Source: a bacterium
GTDB taxonomy: Bacteria; Electryoneota; Electryoneia; Electryoneales; Electryoneaceae
NCBI GenBank assembly: GCA_963669175.1
Contig: OY769902.1
Location: 3,040,001 to 3,104,000, forward strand
Reading direction: 5' to 3'
Length of the DNA: 64,000 nucleotides
In this document: piece after piece, positions 9,451 to 19,427 of the stretch
Layout: each line of letters opens with the position of its first letter
How positions within the stretch are numbered: the stretch's first letter is position 1
Notes under the pieces: generated by a model
Seen by the model: only the letters and a program-made list of their open reading frames with translations
Databases searched by the model: none
Told to the model about the DNA's origin: nothing
Position numbers and translations under genes: made by a program

Positions 9451-9482
9451 GGGGACGAGCCGAGATGGTTTGTCCCTTTTTC
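9451..9482 (+). terminator. Intrinsic terminator
   Basis: GGGGACGAGCC/GGTTTGTCCCT stem followed by a T-run. Confidence 0.55.
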
Positions 9483-9490
9483 GGTTCCTC

Positions 9491-9805
9491 ACAAGAATTT
9501 GTGCATCCGGGCAATGTTGTGGCAGGTCTTGACGCGACATTCTGTTTTCGGCTTTCACAATGTTTTCCTGAATGCACGATGATACTGAAACCACCTCTCG
9601 TCCTGTTATTGTCGCGTTGTGACCTGCCACCAGTATCAGCATTCTCGCTGTCGTCAGGTCACAACGTGATGACAGATGACGAAAATCACGCGGAATAGCA
9701 GGTGTGAGTCGGACAAGTGTCTGAAATTGCGGAGAAGAACAAGAAAAAGGCATAACGTCAAGACCTGACGAAACGTGCTCGCCGATAATATGCACAAATA
9801 CTTGT
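9491..9805. repeat. Inverted-repeat-bounded element holding two oppositely oriented GTCAGGTC-type REP units
   Basis: 16-bp IR (9491-9506/9790-9805, 1 mismatch); units at 9519-9630 and 9651-9771. Confidence 0.6.
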
Positions 9806-9821
9806 AAGCAGCCCCTTTTTC

Positions 9822-10292
9822 TTACCCCATTACGCTATTTATAGCATCGAGCAACATGGAAGGAGTAAATGGTTTCTGTAGAAAACCCTCGATATGTTGC
9901 TGGTTGAACATATCAACTATATTGTCTTCGGTATACCCACTGGCAACCAGGAACCTGGAAGCTGGATTAATTTTACGAATTCTGCGAAAGACTTCGTCAC
10001 CTTTCATGCCCGGTAATTGGATGTCTAAAAGAACAAGATCTATTTCATCGCCCATCTCTTTGTAAATGTCTATTCCTTCCAGACCATCGTCCGCTGTGAT
10101 AACATGAAGATTATTTCGATTAAGCGTTAAACTAACGAGCCTGGCAACCTGCATCTCGTCTTCAATGTGAAGAATGATCCCACGGCAGTCGGAAGGCTTT
10201 TCGTAGAATACGATAGGTGAAGTCATGGACTGGTGATGCTGGAACGCAGAATCAGGACGTTTATCAATAGCAGCATGCACTTCGTTCTTCAT
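9822..10292 (-). CDS. Stand-alone response regulator receiver protein
   Basis: IEDE, LLDIQLP, ASG, KPF receiver motifs; start could be 10226. Confidence 0.85.
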   Translation of the reverse strand: MKNEVHAAIDKRPDSAFQHHQSMTSPIVFYEKPSDCRGIILHIEDEMQVARLVSLTLNRNNLHVITADDGLEGIDIYKEMGDEIDLVLLDIQLPGMKGDEVFRRIRKINPASRFLVASGYTEDNIVDMFNQQHIEGFLQKPFTPSMLLDAINSVMG

Positions 10293-10479
10293 GACCGCCC
10301 CAATGAAATGAAACTTCCGTTATCAAGCTCGCAGCAAGCTGTTTTGTTGTTGCTTCAATGTCAATACCTGTCAATGCCTCTGAAGGTCAAAAACTGGAGC
10401 AACAGCTTAATCAAAGTAAATTAAAACAACACCGATGTGTTAAAAATGGCTGATTGCGTTTTATGCTGTCTCAGTGAGC

Positions 10480-13422
10480 TTATTTTATCAGCGTATTCTT
10501 CAGAATGATTGAATGTTCGCCTGATTTCACTCGAACCAGATACAGGCCGGAAGCCAGGTCGGAAGCGTCATAGGTCAACAGGTGACGTCCAGCGGTGAGG
10601 TTCTTTGCGCCAAATGACTTTACCTGTTGTCCCAGTATGTTGAACATGGTTATATCAAGCGGCCCTGTCACAGGAAGATACACTTTAATTGTGAATTGAC
10701 TGTTAAAGGGTACAGGATACACTTCGGCAGCGAAATCTCCGGGAAGCGTAGCAACTTGTTCACCTTCAACAAAGGTGTCACGTCCCAGCAGGTATAGCGC
10801 CGTTCGAAGGATCAATTCATCTCGTGTCATCGTGGCTGGAGTGCTGTTATGCAGCTTGTGCAACGGCATTCCATAGCCCACCACACGTCCTGCGTATTGC
10901 CCGTGCGCCGCAACGGCCGTTCCGGTTGGCGTCAGGAAATGATTCGGGCCACCGCAACAAGCCGAGCAGTCGGAAATGCCGGACATGTTATACCCGACAA
11001 CCAGCCTTCCATCAGCTATTTCATCATTCTCCAGACCTACAAACGCGGTGCCGCTGACCTGTGACAGCCATTCACCGGCAATTCCGCCCAGCCATTCCGG
11101 GGATGCGTCCGCATAGATCAGGTTCACAAATTCACCGGAAATGCAGGTGCTGCCTTCCATGGTTGCCCAGCGACGCAATGCGGTATCAGCGGTGGTGAAG
11201 AGGAATTCGGAATACCGTCCATCCACTTCAATCATCACTGCTTCCGTGAGAAACATATCTGAGGGAAGCTGATCCAGATCCACGTTGGGGGTTCCCCAGA
11301 CAATACCGGCAGGTTCAAGCACCTGGATTAACGTATCAATAGCGCCATCCACACCGTCCTCGATCAGGAGAACTTCCGGACGTCCTGTCGCAATTCTAAA
11401 TGACCAGTTGGAGGTATAATCTTCAGCCGCAATCGCCAGGTTCGCACCTGCATAAGCAGGCTCTTCAGGACCGGAGTTACTTACTTCAATCTCAAGGATA
11501 AGCGTTTCCGGTTGCAGGAAAGACAGGTCATCAACATTGCCGGCCGAAGGCTGGAATGTGATGCTTTCCGGGTTTTGAGCAAGCTGCCATGTGGCATTCG
11601 TAAGCGGGAGCCCCATGTTGGTGGCATACACCTGTAGCGTAGCGGTCTCACCAGCCTGGAGGACATTATCAGGACGGTCGCTTTCATCGGCAAGGCGTAT
11701 CCTGAACTGCAAATCCGGGGCTGTGATATCATCACGGTGTACGCTTCGCACCAGGGCTTCATCACGTGGCATCAGCCTCGGGTTTTCCGGTTCCGTAGGC
11801 GACCAGTCTGCAAGTGTCCAGGCAAACGTAGGCTGGTTATTCGGCCAGTTTACTCTTTGTTGGACATTCTCGTCGCCGTAGAACAAGTCCAGCGAGTAAT
11901 AATACTGTCCATGATCCGGGCTGCTCGCATCATCCAGTATTTGAGCAGTGTACAGTACAGTTCCGTCTTCGTTGGTCGTCCAGTGAATCAGCGGGCATTC
12001 TCCACGCCAGATCCATTCATCGAACCATCTCGGCAATGTTTCATCTTCGGTGATTTCAATCCAGGTTTCACGAAGGTCTTCGGTACTGACATATTCATCT
12101 TCAAATGCCGAAATGTATGCAGCAGTCACTTCCGTAAAGGTTTCCATGTCGTAGCGCATGCGCAGCATATGATGCATGACCGCGCCACGTTCATAGGGGA
12201 GAGGTGAGTTCATGGTTGTATAATAGTCCGAATTGACCAATGCCTGATCGTTCCCGGCATTCAACCAGCTCATGTATTCATTACGGTCAGAATGGATAGC
12301 GCTCAAATAATCACTGAAATCTCCCAGGTGCTCTGCCCACAAAGCTTCCGAATAAACGGCATAGCCCTCATTCAGCCAGAAATGGTCCCAGTCTACCGGG
12401 GTGAGCAGATCGGCAAACCACTGGTGGGAGACCTCATGGACGATGATGCTTTCATAGGCACGATTGCCGGTTATCATGTTGTGTCCCAGGGAAACCATGG
12501 TCTGGTGCTCCTGGCCGCCGTTGCCACCAAAGACGCCACATTCCACGATCTTCAATTCTGAGAAGGGATAATCACGTCCAAATGCCTCTTCGAAAACACC
12601 AACCGCTTCCGGTACACGCGCCAGGTCAAATGCGGCAATGGTGGAGTCTTCCGGATAGACATAATAGCGGATCGGAAAAGGATCGGTCTGGGCTGTGATG
12701 ACAGCATAATCAGCGATGCAGAATCCCATTTCGCTGGTGCAGACCGGATTCTCCTCCACCCACACATAATGCGCCATACCTCCAACCTGGTCTTCGGAAT
12801 ACAGGTAACCATTGGCGACAGCATCCAGATCGGCAGGAACAATCAGTTCCCAGGTAATCGGCGCCTTGCAGGCAGGATCATCAAACACGGGGAAAACTGC
12901 GTGAGCGCCGTCGGGAAAAAAGAAGGTGTAAGCACGGCGTGTGTTTGTGTGCATCCATAATCCCATATCACCAAAAGGCCCATCGACAGTGCCCGCAGTA
13001 CCACTGAACGCTATTCTGATTTCCAGATCGGACCAGATACCGTAAGCGTAAGAGATCACAAGCCGGTCGTTGGCATGGGTAAAGTCCAGCGATTGCCCAT
13101 CGGATGTGCGTGTCACGGATTCAATAGTCAAGGTGTTACTGGCAGCGTCCAGGACAATCGTGTCCAGGTCCGTTCCTGTACAGTTTTGCAAATCAATATA
13201 GACATGTCCCTGGAATGTCGATTCTTCAAAATCAAACGCCAGATCGACAGTATACAGATGCGGAATGACAGCAAGATCAGTACGTACAGTGTCCAGTTCA
13301 TTCAGGACGGGAACAGGGTGATAATGGTCCCGGTCAATCCTGAAAGGCATGGAAAGGGCAGTATGCGCTAGGATAAGGAGAAGTCCTGACATCACTGTGA
13401 GGTTGATGAGTCGCTTCTTCAT
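10480..13422 (-). CDS. M1-family zinc aminopeptidase with C-terminal T9SS type A sorting domain
   Basis: Signal peptide, HEVSH-x18-E (WLNEG), GGQEH; C-terminal YPVPFN...LASGLYLVRV. Confidence 0.9.
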   Translation of the reverse strand: MKKRLINLTVMSGLLLILAHTALSMPFRIDRDHYHPVPVLNELDTVRTDLAVIPHLYTVDLAFDFEESTFQGHVYIDLQNCTGTDLDTIVLDAASNTLTIESVTRTSDGQSLDFTHANDRLVISYAYGIWSDLEIRIAFSGTAGTVDGPFGDMGLWMHTNTRRAYTFFFPDGAHAVFPVFDDPACKAPITWELIVPADLDAVANGYLYSEDQVGGMAHYVWVEENPVCTSEMGFCIADYAVITAQTDPFPIRYYVYPEDSTIAAFDLARVPEAVGVFEEAFGRDYPFSELKIVECGVFGGNGGQEHQTMVSLGHNMITGNRAYESIIVHEVSHQWFADLLTPVDWDHFWLNEGYAVYSEALWAEHLGDFSDYLSAIHSDRNEYMSWLNAGNDQALVNSDYYTTMNSPLPYERGAVMHHMLRMRYDMETFTEVTAAYISAFEDEYVSTEDLRETWIEITEDETLPRWFDEWIWRGECPLIHWTTNEDGTVLYTAQILDDASSPDHGQYYYSLDLFYGDENVQQRVNWPNNQPTFAWTLADWSPTEPENPRLMPRDEALVRSVHRDDITAPDLQFRIRLADESDRPDNVLQAGETATLQVYATNMGLPLTNATWQLAQNPESITFQPSAGNVDDLSFLQPETLILEIEVSNSGPEEPAYAGANLAIAAEDYTSNWSFRIATGRPEVLLIEDGVDGAIDTLIQVLEPAGIVWGTPNVDLDQLPSDMFLTEAVMIEVDGRYSEFLFTTADTALRRWATMEGSTCISGEFVNLIYADASPEWLGGIAGEWLSQVSGTAFVGLENDEIADGRLVVGYNMSGISDCSACCGGPNHFLTPTGTAVAAHGQYAGRVVGYGMPLHKLHNSTPATMTRDELILRTALYLLGRDTFVEGEQVATLPGDFAAEVYPVPFNSQFTIKVYLPVTGPLDITMFNILGQQVKSFGAKNLTAGRHLLTYDASDLASGLYLVRVKSGEHSIILKNTLIK

Positions 13423-13783
13423 GGCGGGTAATCCTCGTATCGTACCGGTTTCAATGGTATATATAAAAGTAATGGCAGAGCGATAGAAAAGAAACACTGT
13501 TTGGTATTTCTAACTCTGTATGGCGCTGGAGTGTCGTATCCTGCTCCCGGTCAAGGGTAGATATTCTTGACACAATCCCCATTCATAAAATAACGCTCAA
13601 CTCCACCCGTGATACAAGAAGGGAAGAGAAAAGGTGAAGTATGCCTGCCGATAAAACCAACGAGATCTCAGGTTGGTAAGCAATTGAAATGATCAGGATT
13701 TACAAGCCTTTGAGTATATGTGTCAACCTTGCTTTGAGTTCAGCCGGAGGTCTATATTACTCATCTCTGAGAAGGAGGGTGTT

Positions 13784-14494
13784 TTGAGCATTGCAGAACG
13801 GTTGCTGCTTGTACGGGAACAGATTGCGAATGCTGCCGTAAAAGCAGGACGAGAGCCGTCAGAGATACAGTTGTTAGCGGTTTCCAAAACGAAACCGGCC
13901 GAGATGGTGGTGGAAGCGGTCCAGGCCGGGCAGACGATGTTCGGCGAGAACAAACTACAGGGCGCGCCTGAGAAAATTGATCGGGTTGCGGAGTTGTTGC
14001 TGCCGGAGAATCCACGCCCGATCTGGCATTTTATCGGGCATTTGCAGTCGAACAAAGTTCGGAAAGTGCTGGAACAGTTTTCATTTGTCCAGAGCCTTGA
14101 TTCAGCAAAACTGGTGGATCGTGTCGAACGCATTGCCGGAGAAATGGGTATCGCGGCGCATGGCCTGTTGCAGGTGAACATTGCAGAGGCGGATTCGCAG
14201 TTTGGTTTTCCGGTTGACGACGTCATGGAAATGGTAGAAGCCTGTGCGGAATATTCTTCGCTTCACATTGACGGTTTGATGGCGATTGGACCCAATACGG
14301 ATGATGAGGTTGAGATCGCATCCGCATTTGCATCGGTGAGAAAACTGGCGGAAAAGATTGAATCACAACACATCGCCAATGTATCCATGAAGACACTTTC
14401 ACTGGGCATGACCGATGACATGGAAATAGCCATTGCCGAGGGCTCCACCATGGTCAGGGTCGGGACAGCGATCTTTGGGCCTCGAAATTACTGA
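13784..14494 (+). CDS. yggS: PLP homeostasis protein YggS
   Basis: AVSKTKP, FGEN, WHFIGHLQSNK, GSTMVRVG; TTG start after GGAGG. Confidence 0.95.
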   Translation: MSIAERLLLVREQIANAAVKAGREPSEIQLLAVSKTKPAEMVVEAVQAGQTMFGENKLQGAPEKIDRVAELLLPENPRPIWHFIGHLQSNKVRKVLEQFSFVQSLDSAKLVDRVERIAGEMGIAAHGLLQVNIAEADSQFGFPVDDVMEMVEACAEYSSLHIDGLMAIGPNTDDEVEIASAFASVRKLAEKIESQHIANVSMKTLSLGMTDDMEIAIAEGSTMVRVGTAIFGPRNY

Positions 14495-14551
14495 TAAACA
14501 ATTAGATAGCAACGACAAGTAAACCTTTTTACGTAGAGCGGAGGGACATAC

Positions 14552-15406
14552 ATGAAGATTTCACCGCTTGATATTCGTAAGCAGGAGTTCAAAAAAGCGG
14601 TACGCGGGTATGATGTGGACGAAGTCCGCAGTTTCCTGACGATGATCGCTGATGAATATGAAGGGCTGCTGAACCGTGCCAAGGAGATGAAGAAGCAGAT
14701 GGATCATCTCAAGAGCAAGGTGGACGAGTATGAGACTTCACAATCTGATTTGAAAGACTCGATGTATGACGTGCATCAGATCCAGCAGCAGAAGGCAGAG
14801 AAGGTGCTGGAGGAGGCGGAATACATCAAGCAGAAGGCCCAGTTTGAGGCGGAACGCATGATCCATGAGGCGAAGAAGCGTCATCATCGCCTGTTGGAAG
14901 AAATACACCGGTTGGATGGTCTTCGCAAGGGCTTTCTGGTGAAGATGCATCACATTCTGGGCAGCCAGCTTGAACTGGTGCAGATCCTTGAAGAAGAAGA
15001 TCCCACGGAGGAGCTTGGGGTCAGTATGAAGAAGTTGGCCCAGGCTGCTGACCGTATCAAGGCGAATAAAAAGGTGAGTCCGGTAAAAACCGTGGGCGCC
15101 CCGGTTGAACAGCAAGTAGAAGCAACTGCTCCAGTCCAACAGGAACAGGCGCCGGTAGCCAAAGCTGAACCGGAAGCGCCGAGACGGCAGGCGGCAAAGG
15201 TTGCGGCACAACGGTTTAGAACGACAGGCAGTGGCGGGGTTCAACCTCAGCAACCTACCCGTCCAGCAACGCAACCGGCTCCGGCAAGACCGGCAGGAAC
15301 ACCCCAAAACGCTGATTCCGGCTGGTTCCAGAAACAGAAACCCGGCGCAACCTCGCATGGGGATAGTGGCGACAAGGATGCACGAAAAACACATTTTGAT
15401 TTGTAA
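14552..15406 (+). CDS. divIVA: DivIVA-domain coiled-coil protein with disordered tail
   Basis: SPLDIRKQEFKKAVRGYDVDEVRSFL; position between yggS and ileS. Confidence 0.85.
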   Translation: MKISPLDIRKQEFKKAVRGYDVDEVRSFLTMIADEYEGLLNRAKEMKKQMDHLKSKVDEYETSQSDLKDSMYDVHQIQQQKAEKVLEEAEYIKQKAQFEAERMIHEAKKRHHRLLEEIHRLDGLRKGFLVKMHHILGSQLELVQILEEEDPTEELGVSMKKLAQAADRIKANKKVSPVKTVGAPVEQQVEATAPVQQEQAPVAKAEPEAPRRQAAKVAAQRFRTTGSGGVQPQQPTRPATQPAPARPAGTPQNADSGWFQKQKPGATSHGDSGDKDARKTHFDL

Positions 15407-15450
15407 CCCATACAGGCAACACAACAAGTAAGTTAGAGCACGACGAAACG

Positions 15451-18400
15451 ATGGCTACGGATAAGAAAACCACATTCGCAACGGTTCAGAATCCCCCGGA
15501 TTTCCCGGCGCTGGATCACCGTATTCTGAAGTTCTGGGATGATAACAACATCTTCCAGCGTTCCATGGACGAGCGCTCAGGATGTGAGGACTTTGTTTTT
15601 TATGATGGCCCTCCAGGGACCAACGCACCGCCTCATGTCGGGCATATGATGCAGTCCGCCCTGAAAGATCTCTGGCCACGCTATAAGACCATGCAGGGCA
15701 TGCGGGTGCTGCGTAAGGCTGGCTGGGATACGCATGGCCTCCCGGTAGAACTGACAACAGACCGCGACCTCAAGCTTGAGAGCAAGCGTGATGTCGAGGC
15801 CTATGGCGTACAGAAATATGTAGACCATTGCCGTGGCGTCGTTTTCCGGTTCAAGGAAACCTGGAACGAAGCGATCAAACGTCTTGGTCGTTTTGTGGAC
15901 CTGGATAATTTTTACGCCACCTACACCACATCCTATATCCAATCTGACTGGTGGGTGTTGAAACAGGCTTGGGATACACAGGTAGCCGAAGAGTTCCGCA
16001 ATTCTGCAAACCTGCTCGGTGGTGATCGTTTCCTGTATAAGGACTACCGTATCAGCGCCTGGTGTCCGAAGCAGGGAACCACTCTGTCCAACTTCGAAGT
16101 TGCGCAGGGGTATAAAGACGTCGTCGAAATCGCCCTGTTCCCGAAATTCCGGGTAAAGGGGGAAGAGAACACTTTCCTCGTCGCCTGGACCACGACTGCC
16201 TGGACGCTGTTGTCCAACATCGCCATTGCTGTTGGCCCATCGATTCCTTATGTGAAAATTCGTATCACCGAAGACGCCAAGGGTGTCAAGGCCGGTGAGC
16301 ATCTGATCGTCGCACGTGCCCGTCTCGAAGCCTTGAAGGATTTCCTCGGAGCATACGAGATCGAAGCGGAGATGAAAGGGACGGACCTCGCGGGCATGGC
16401 CTATGAGCCGCTGTGGGCATTCCAGAATCTCCCGGAAGGCGAGCGTGGGCACACAGTCATCGCCGATGAATATGTGACCACCGAAGATGGTACTGGCATG
16501 GTTCACCTTGCCCCGTACGGCGAGGATGACCACCGGATCATGAAGGCAAACAACATGCCCTCGATCCTGCGTGTCGATGCGCATGGACATGTTGTTGATG
16601 GGGTAGGGGAATGGTCCGGAAAATGGTTCAAGGACGAAGATCTTGAGATCGGTATTCTCCGAGATCTAGCCGGACGTAACCTGCTGCTGGGCAAGGAAAA
16701 ACACGGACACACCTACCCGTTCCATTACAAGACGGGCAGTCCGTTGATGTATTTCCCACGTCCCGGTTGGTTTATCCGTAGCACGGCGATGCGTGAGCAG
16801 ATGCTGGCAGCGAATGAACGTATCAACTGGGTGCCGGGACACATCCGTGACGGGCGTTTCGGCAAGTGGCTGGAAAATGTGATCGACTGGAACATCACCC
16901 GTGAACGCTTCTGGGGAAGCCCGCTGCCGGTGTGGAGCAGTGATGACGACAAAGAAGCGATTGTGGTCGGTTCCATTGCCGAGTTGAACGAACATTTGCT
17001 GCGAAGCGGCCAGAAGCCATTTGAACCGGATGCAGACCTGCACAAGCCGGGTATTGATGAGATCGTCCTGATCAGTGAAAGCGGACGTGAGCTGCGCCGT
17101 GAAGATTTCGTTCTGGATTCCTGGTTCAATGCGGGTATCATGCCCTGGGGGCAGGTTGGCTACCCGGCGCAGGCAGGTTCCGTTGAGCATGTGAACAGCC
17201 AGTATCCGGCAGATTTCATTTGTGAAGGTCTGGATCAGACGCGTGGCTGGTTCTACAGCCTGCTGGCTTGCAGCACAATGCTGGCAATAGCGCGAGGCGA
17301 TGAGGACAGGGACCGCTGGAGCAGTTACAAGACAGTCATCTGTACTGATCTCGTTCTGGATGAGACCGGTGAGAAGATGTCCAAGTCCAAGGGTAACGTC
17401 GTTCCGCCGGTTCCGATGATGGATAAGTACGGGGCGGATGCTGTCCGCTGGTCCATCTTCAGGAACAATCCCTGGCTGCCGGTTCGTTTCGGTGAAGAAC
17501 CGTTGAAGGAATCGTTGCGCCAGATCTTTATCCCGTTGTGGAATGCTTACGGTTTCTTCGTCACCTACGCGAATATCGATGGTTGGAAACCGACTGCTGA
17601 GAACATGGCCGGAACATCGGACAACCTGCTGGATAAGTGGATTCTGACCTGTTTCAACGATATGGTTGCTACAGTTACCGACCGTCTGGAAAACTATGAT
17701 GTCATGCCGGCCGCTGCATCCATTACGGATTTCGCGGACCGTTTGACCAACTGGTACATTCGAAGAAGCCGCCGCCGTTTCTGGAAGAGTGAGCAGGAAT
17801 CGGACAAGGCGAACGCTTACCGTACGTTGTACCAGGTGTTGACCGGGCTTACCAAGGTAATGGCCCCGTTTGCCCCCTTCATGACGGAAGAGATGTACCG
17901 GAACCTGGTACTGGGGCATGTGGACGGCGCGAAAGATTCGGTTCACCTGGAAAATTGGCCGAAGGTCAATCCTTCCTGGCAGAACGATGAATTGAAAACC
18001 AAAATGGATGTGGTTCGCACGCTGGTCTCGCTGGGACATGCGGCGCGTAACGAGGCGAAGATCAAAGTACGCCAGCCATTGCCGGCTTTGATTGTCGCGG
18101 GCGCGTCCGATCAGGATAAGGTTGCAGTGGATGAACTTGGCGACTTGATCATTGACGAACTGAACGTCAAGGCGATCACTTTTGTCGGCGGTCGTGATGA
18201 ACTGGTCGAGTTCAAAGCAAAGGCGAACTTCAGGCTGCTTGGTCCACGTTTCGGCAAAGAGGGCAAGGTCTGGGCGGGGAAGATAGCCGCTGCTGATCAG
18301 GACATGATCGCTATATGGCGCAAGGGTGAAGCTGTGGTTATTGATGGCGAGACCTTTGAGCCGGACATGGCGCTGCTGGATGAGATCGTACCGGATTATT

Positions 18401-18717
18401 TCGTTGCCAAGGAAGAGAGCGGGCAGGCAGTGTTCCTGGATACGCGCACCAATGATGACCTGCTGGATGAGGGGTACGTGCGTGAGCTGGTGAACAAGGT
18501 ACAGAATCGTCGCAAGGAGATGGACCTGGAAGTCACGCAGCGCATCGTTCTGGCCGTTGAAGCGGATGAACGTGTGCGTCGAGCCTTGGAAACTTACGGC
18601 GAAATCCTTGCCAATGAAGTGCTTGCCAACGAGATGGAAGTCGGCGATTTGACACATGAAAACGATCTGGTCAAGATCAATGACCGGAAAGCATGGTTTG
18701 AGGTCAAACCACTTTGA
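15451..18717 (+). CDS. ileS: Isoleucyl-tRNA synthetase, type 2
   Basis: YDGPP, HVGH, GWDTHGLPVE, DQTRGWF, KMSKS, type-2 C-terminus. Confidence 0.97.
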   Translation: MATDKKTTFATVQNPPDFPALDHRILKFWDDNNIFQRSMDERSGCEDFVFYDGPPGTNAPPHVGHMMQSALKDLWPRYKTMQGMRVLRKAGWDTHGLPVELTTDRDLKLESKRDVEAYGVQKYVDHCRGVVFRFKETWNEAIKRLGRFVDLDNFYATYTTSYIQSDWWVLKQAWDTQVAEEFRNSANLLGGDRFLYKDYRISAWCPKQGTTLSNFEVAQGYKDVVEIALFPKFRVKGEENTFLVAWTTTAWTLLSNIAIAVGPSIPYVKIRITEDAKGVKAGEHLIVARARLEALKDFLGAYEIEAEMKGTDLAGMAYEPLWAFQNLPEGERGHTVIADEYVTTEDGTGMVHLAPYGEDDHRIMKANNMPSILRVDAHGHVVDGVGEWSGKWFKDEDLEIGILRDLAGRNLLLGKEKHGHTYPFHYKTGSPLMYFPRPGWFIRSTAMREQMLAANERINWVPGHIRDGRFGKWLENVIDWNITRERFWGSPLPVWSSDDDKEAIVVGSIAELNEHLLRSGQKPFEPDADLHKPGIDEIVLISESGRELRREDFVLDSWFNAGIMPWGQVGYPAQAGSVEHVNSQYPADFICEGLDQTRGWFYSLLACSTMLAIARGDEDRDRWSSYKTVICTDLVLDETGEKMSKSKGNVVPPVPMMDKYGADAVRWSIFRNNPWLPVRFGEEPLKESLRQIFIPLWNAYGFFVTYANIDGWKPTAENMAGTSDNLLDKWILTCFNDMVATVTDRLENYDVMPAAASITDFADRLTNWYIRRSRRRFWKSEQESDKANAYRTLYQVLTGLTKVMAPFAPFMTEEMYRNLVLGHVDGAKDSVHLENWPKVNPSWQNDELKTKMDVVRTLVSLGHAARNEAKIKVRQPLPALIVAGASDQDKVAVDELGDLIIDELNVKAITFVGGRDELVEFKAKANFRLLGPRFGKEGKVWAGKIAAADQDMIAIWRKGEAVVIDGETFEPDMALLDEIVPDYFVAKEESGQAVFLDTRTNDDLLDEGYVRELVNKVQNRRKEMDLEVTQRIVLAVEADERVRRALETYGEILANEVLANEMEVGDLTHENDLVKINDRKAWFEVKPL

Positions 18718-19427
18718 GCGATTTTGAAAAAGCAGATCAGGTGAACGAACCTGAGCAGATAGAAAGCATGGGAACATCACCGGATGAGCACCAGGCTGAT
18801 GCCCATATGCCGGTGATCGAAGCCGAGTCCGCCTATTCGATCGGGCAAGTGCAGTCTCCCTGGAAACTGTACCTGCCCTGGATGCTGGCAGTCTTTGTCC
18901 TGATCCTGGATCAGGGCACCAAGGCGCTGGTGCTGTCGAATATGGACCTGCATGAACGTATCCGGTTTATCGGCGATATCGTGCGCTGGACTTATGTTCA
19001 GAACACGGGCATGGTGTTCGGTATGCCCCCGGTTGGCGGACGTTGGGTGCTGGTAGGATTGAATTTCGCTGCCATGCTGTTATTCGTGTTCATTTTGTGG
19101 AAAATCAAGAATGAGCCGCTTGGCATCCGCCTGATTCTTGGCGGAATTGTCGGGGGGGCGATTGGCAACAATATAGACCGGATCAGGTTCGGGTATGTGG
19201 TCGATTTTATTGATGTTGACCTGCCTGATTTTTTGATGCCGCGTTGGTATGTATTCAATGTCGCGGATTCGTTTATCTCGGTTGGGATTACTATACTGAT
19301 TCTGCTGATGCTGCTGAAGCCAAGTCTGTTGAAACCGAATATGGAAAGCGATTCTGAAGCAGAGCCTGAAGCAGCAGAGGATGAGTTCTCGCAAGAAAGC
19401 GAACCAGTAAAAGGTGAAGAACTTTGA
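18714..19427 (+). CDS. lspA: Lipoprotein signal peptidase II
   Basis: DQGTK, NTGMVFG, GNNIDR, VVDFI, FNVAD; acidic terminal extensions. Confidence 0.93.
   Translation: MSDFEKADQVNEPEQIESMGTSPDEHQADAHMPVIEAESAYSIGQVQSPWKLYLPWMLAVFVLILDQGTKALVLSNMDLHERIRFIGDIVRWTYVQNTGMVFGMPPVGGRWVLVGLNFAAMLLFVFILWKIKNEPLGIRLILGGIVGGAIGNNIDRIRFGYVVDFIDVDLPDFLMPRWYVFNVADSFISVGITILILLMLLKPSLLKPNMESDSEAEPEAAEDEFSQESEPVKGEEL

Noticed and set aside
13568-13592. Promoter for the yggS operon
   Set aside because: TTGACA to TAAAAT spacing is only about 13 bp.
15407-15450. T-box leader for ileS
   Set aside because: Only 44 bp of intergenic space and no T-box motif.
16666-18780. 704-aa antisense ORF (also 40217-41401, 47738-48823, 50995-52206, 52031-53140, 20045-21181)
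   Set aside because: Shadow frames opposite well-conserved genes, explained by codon bias; no recognisable motifs.
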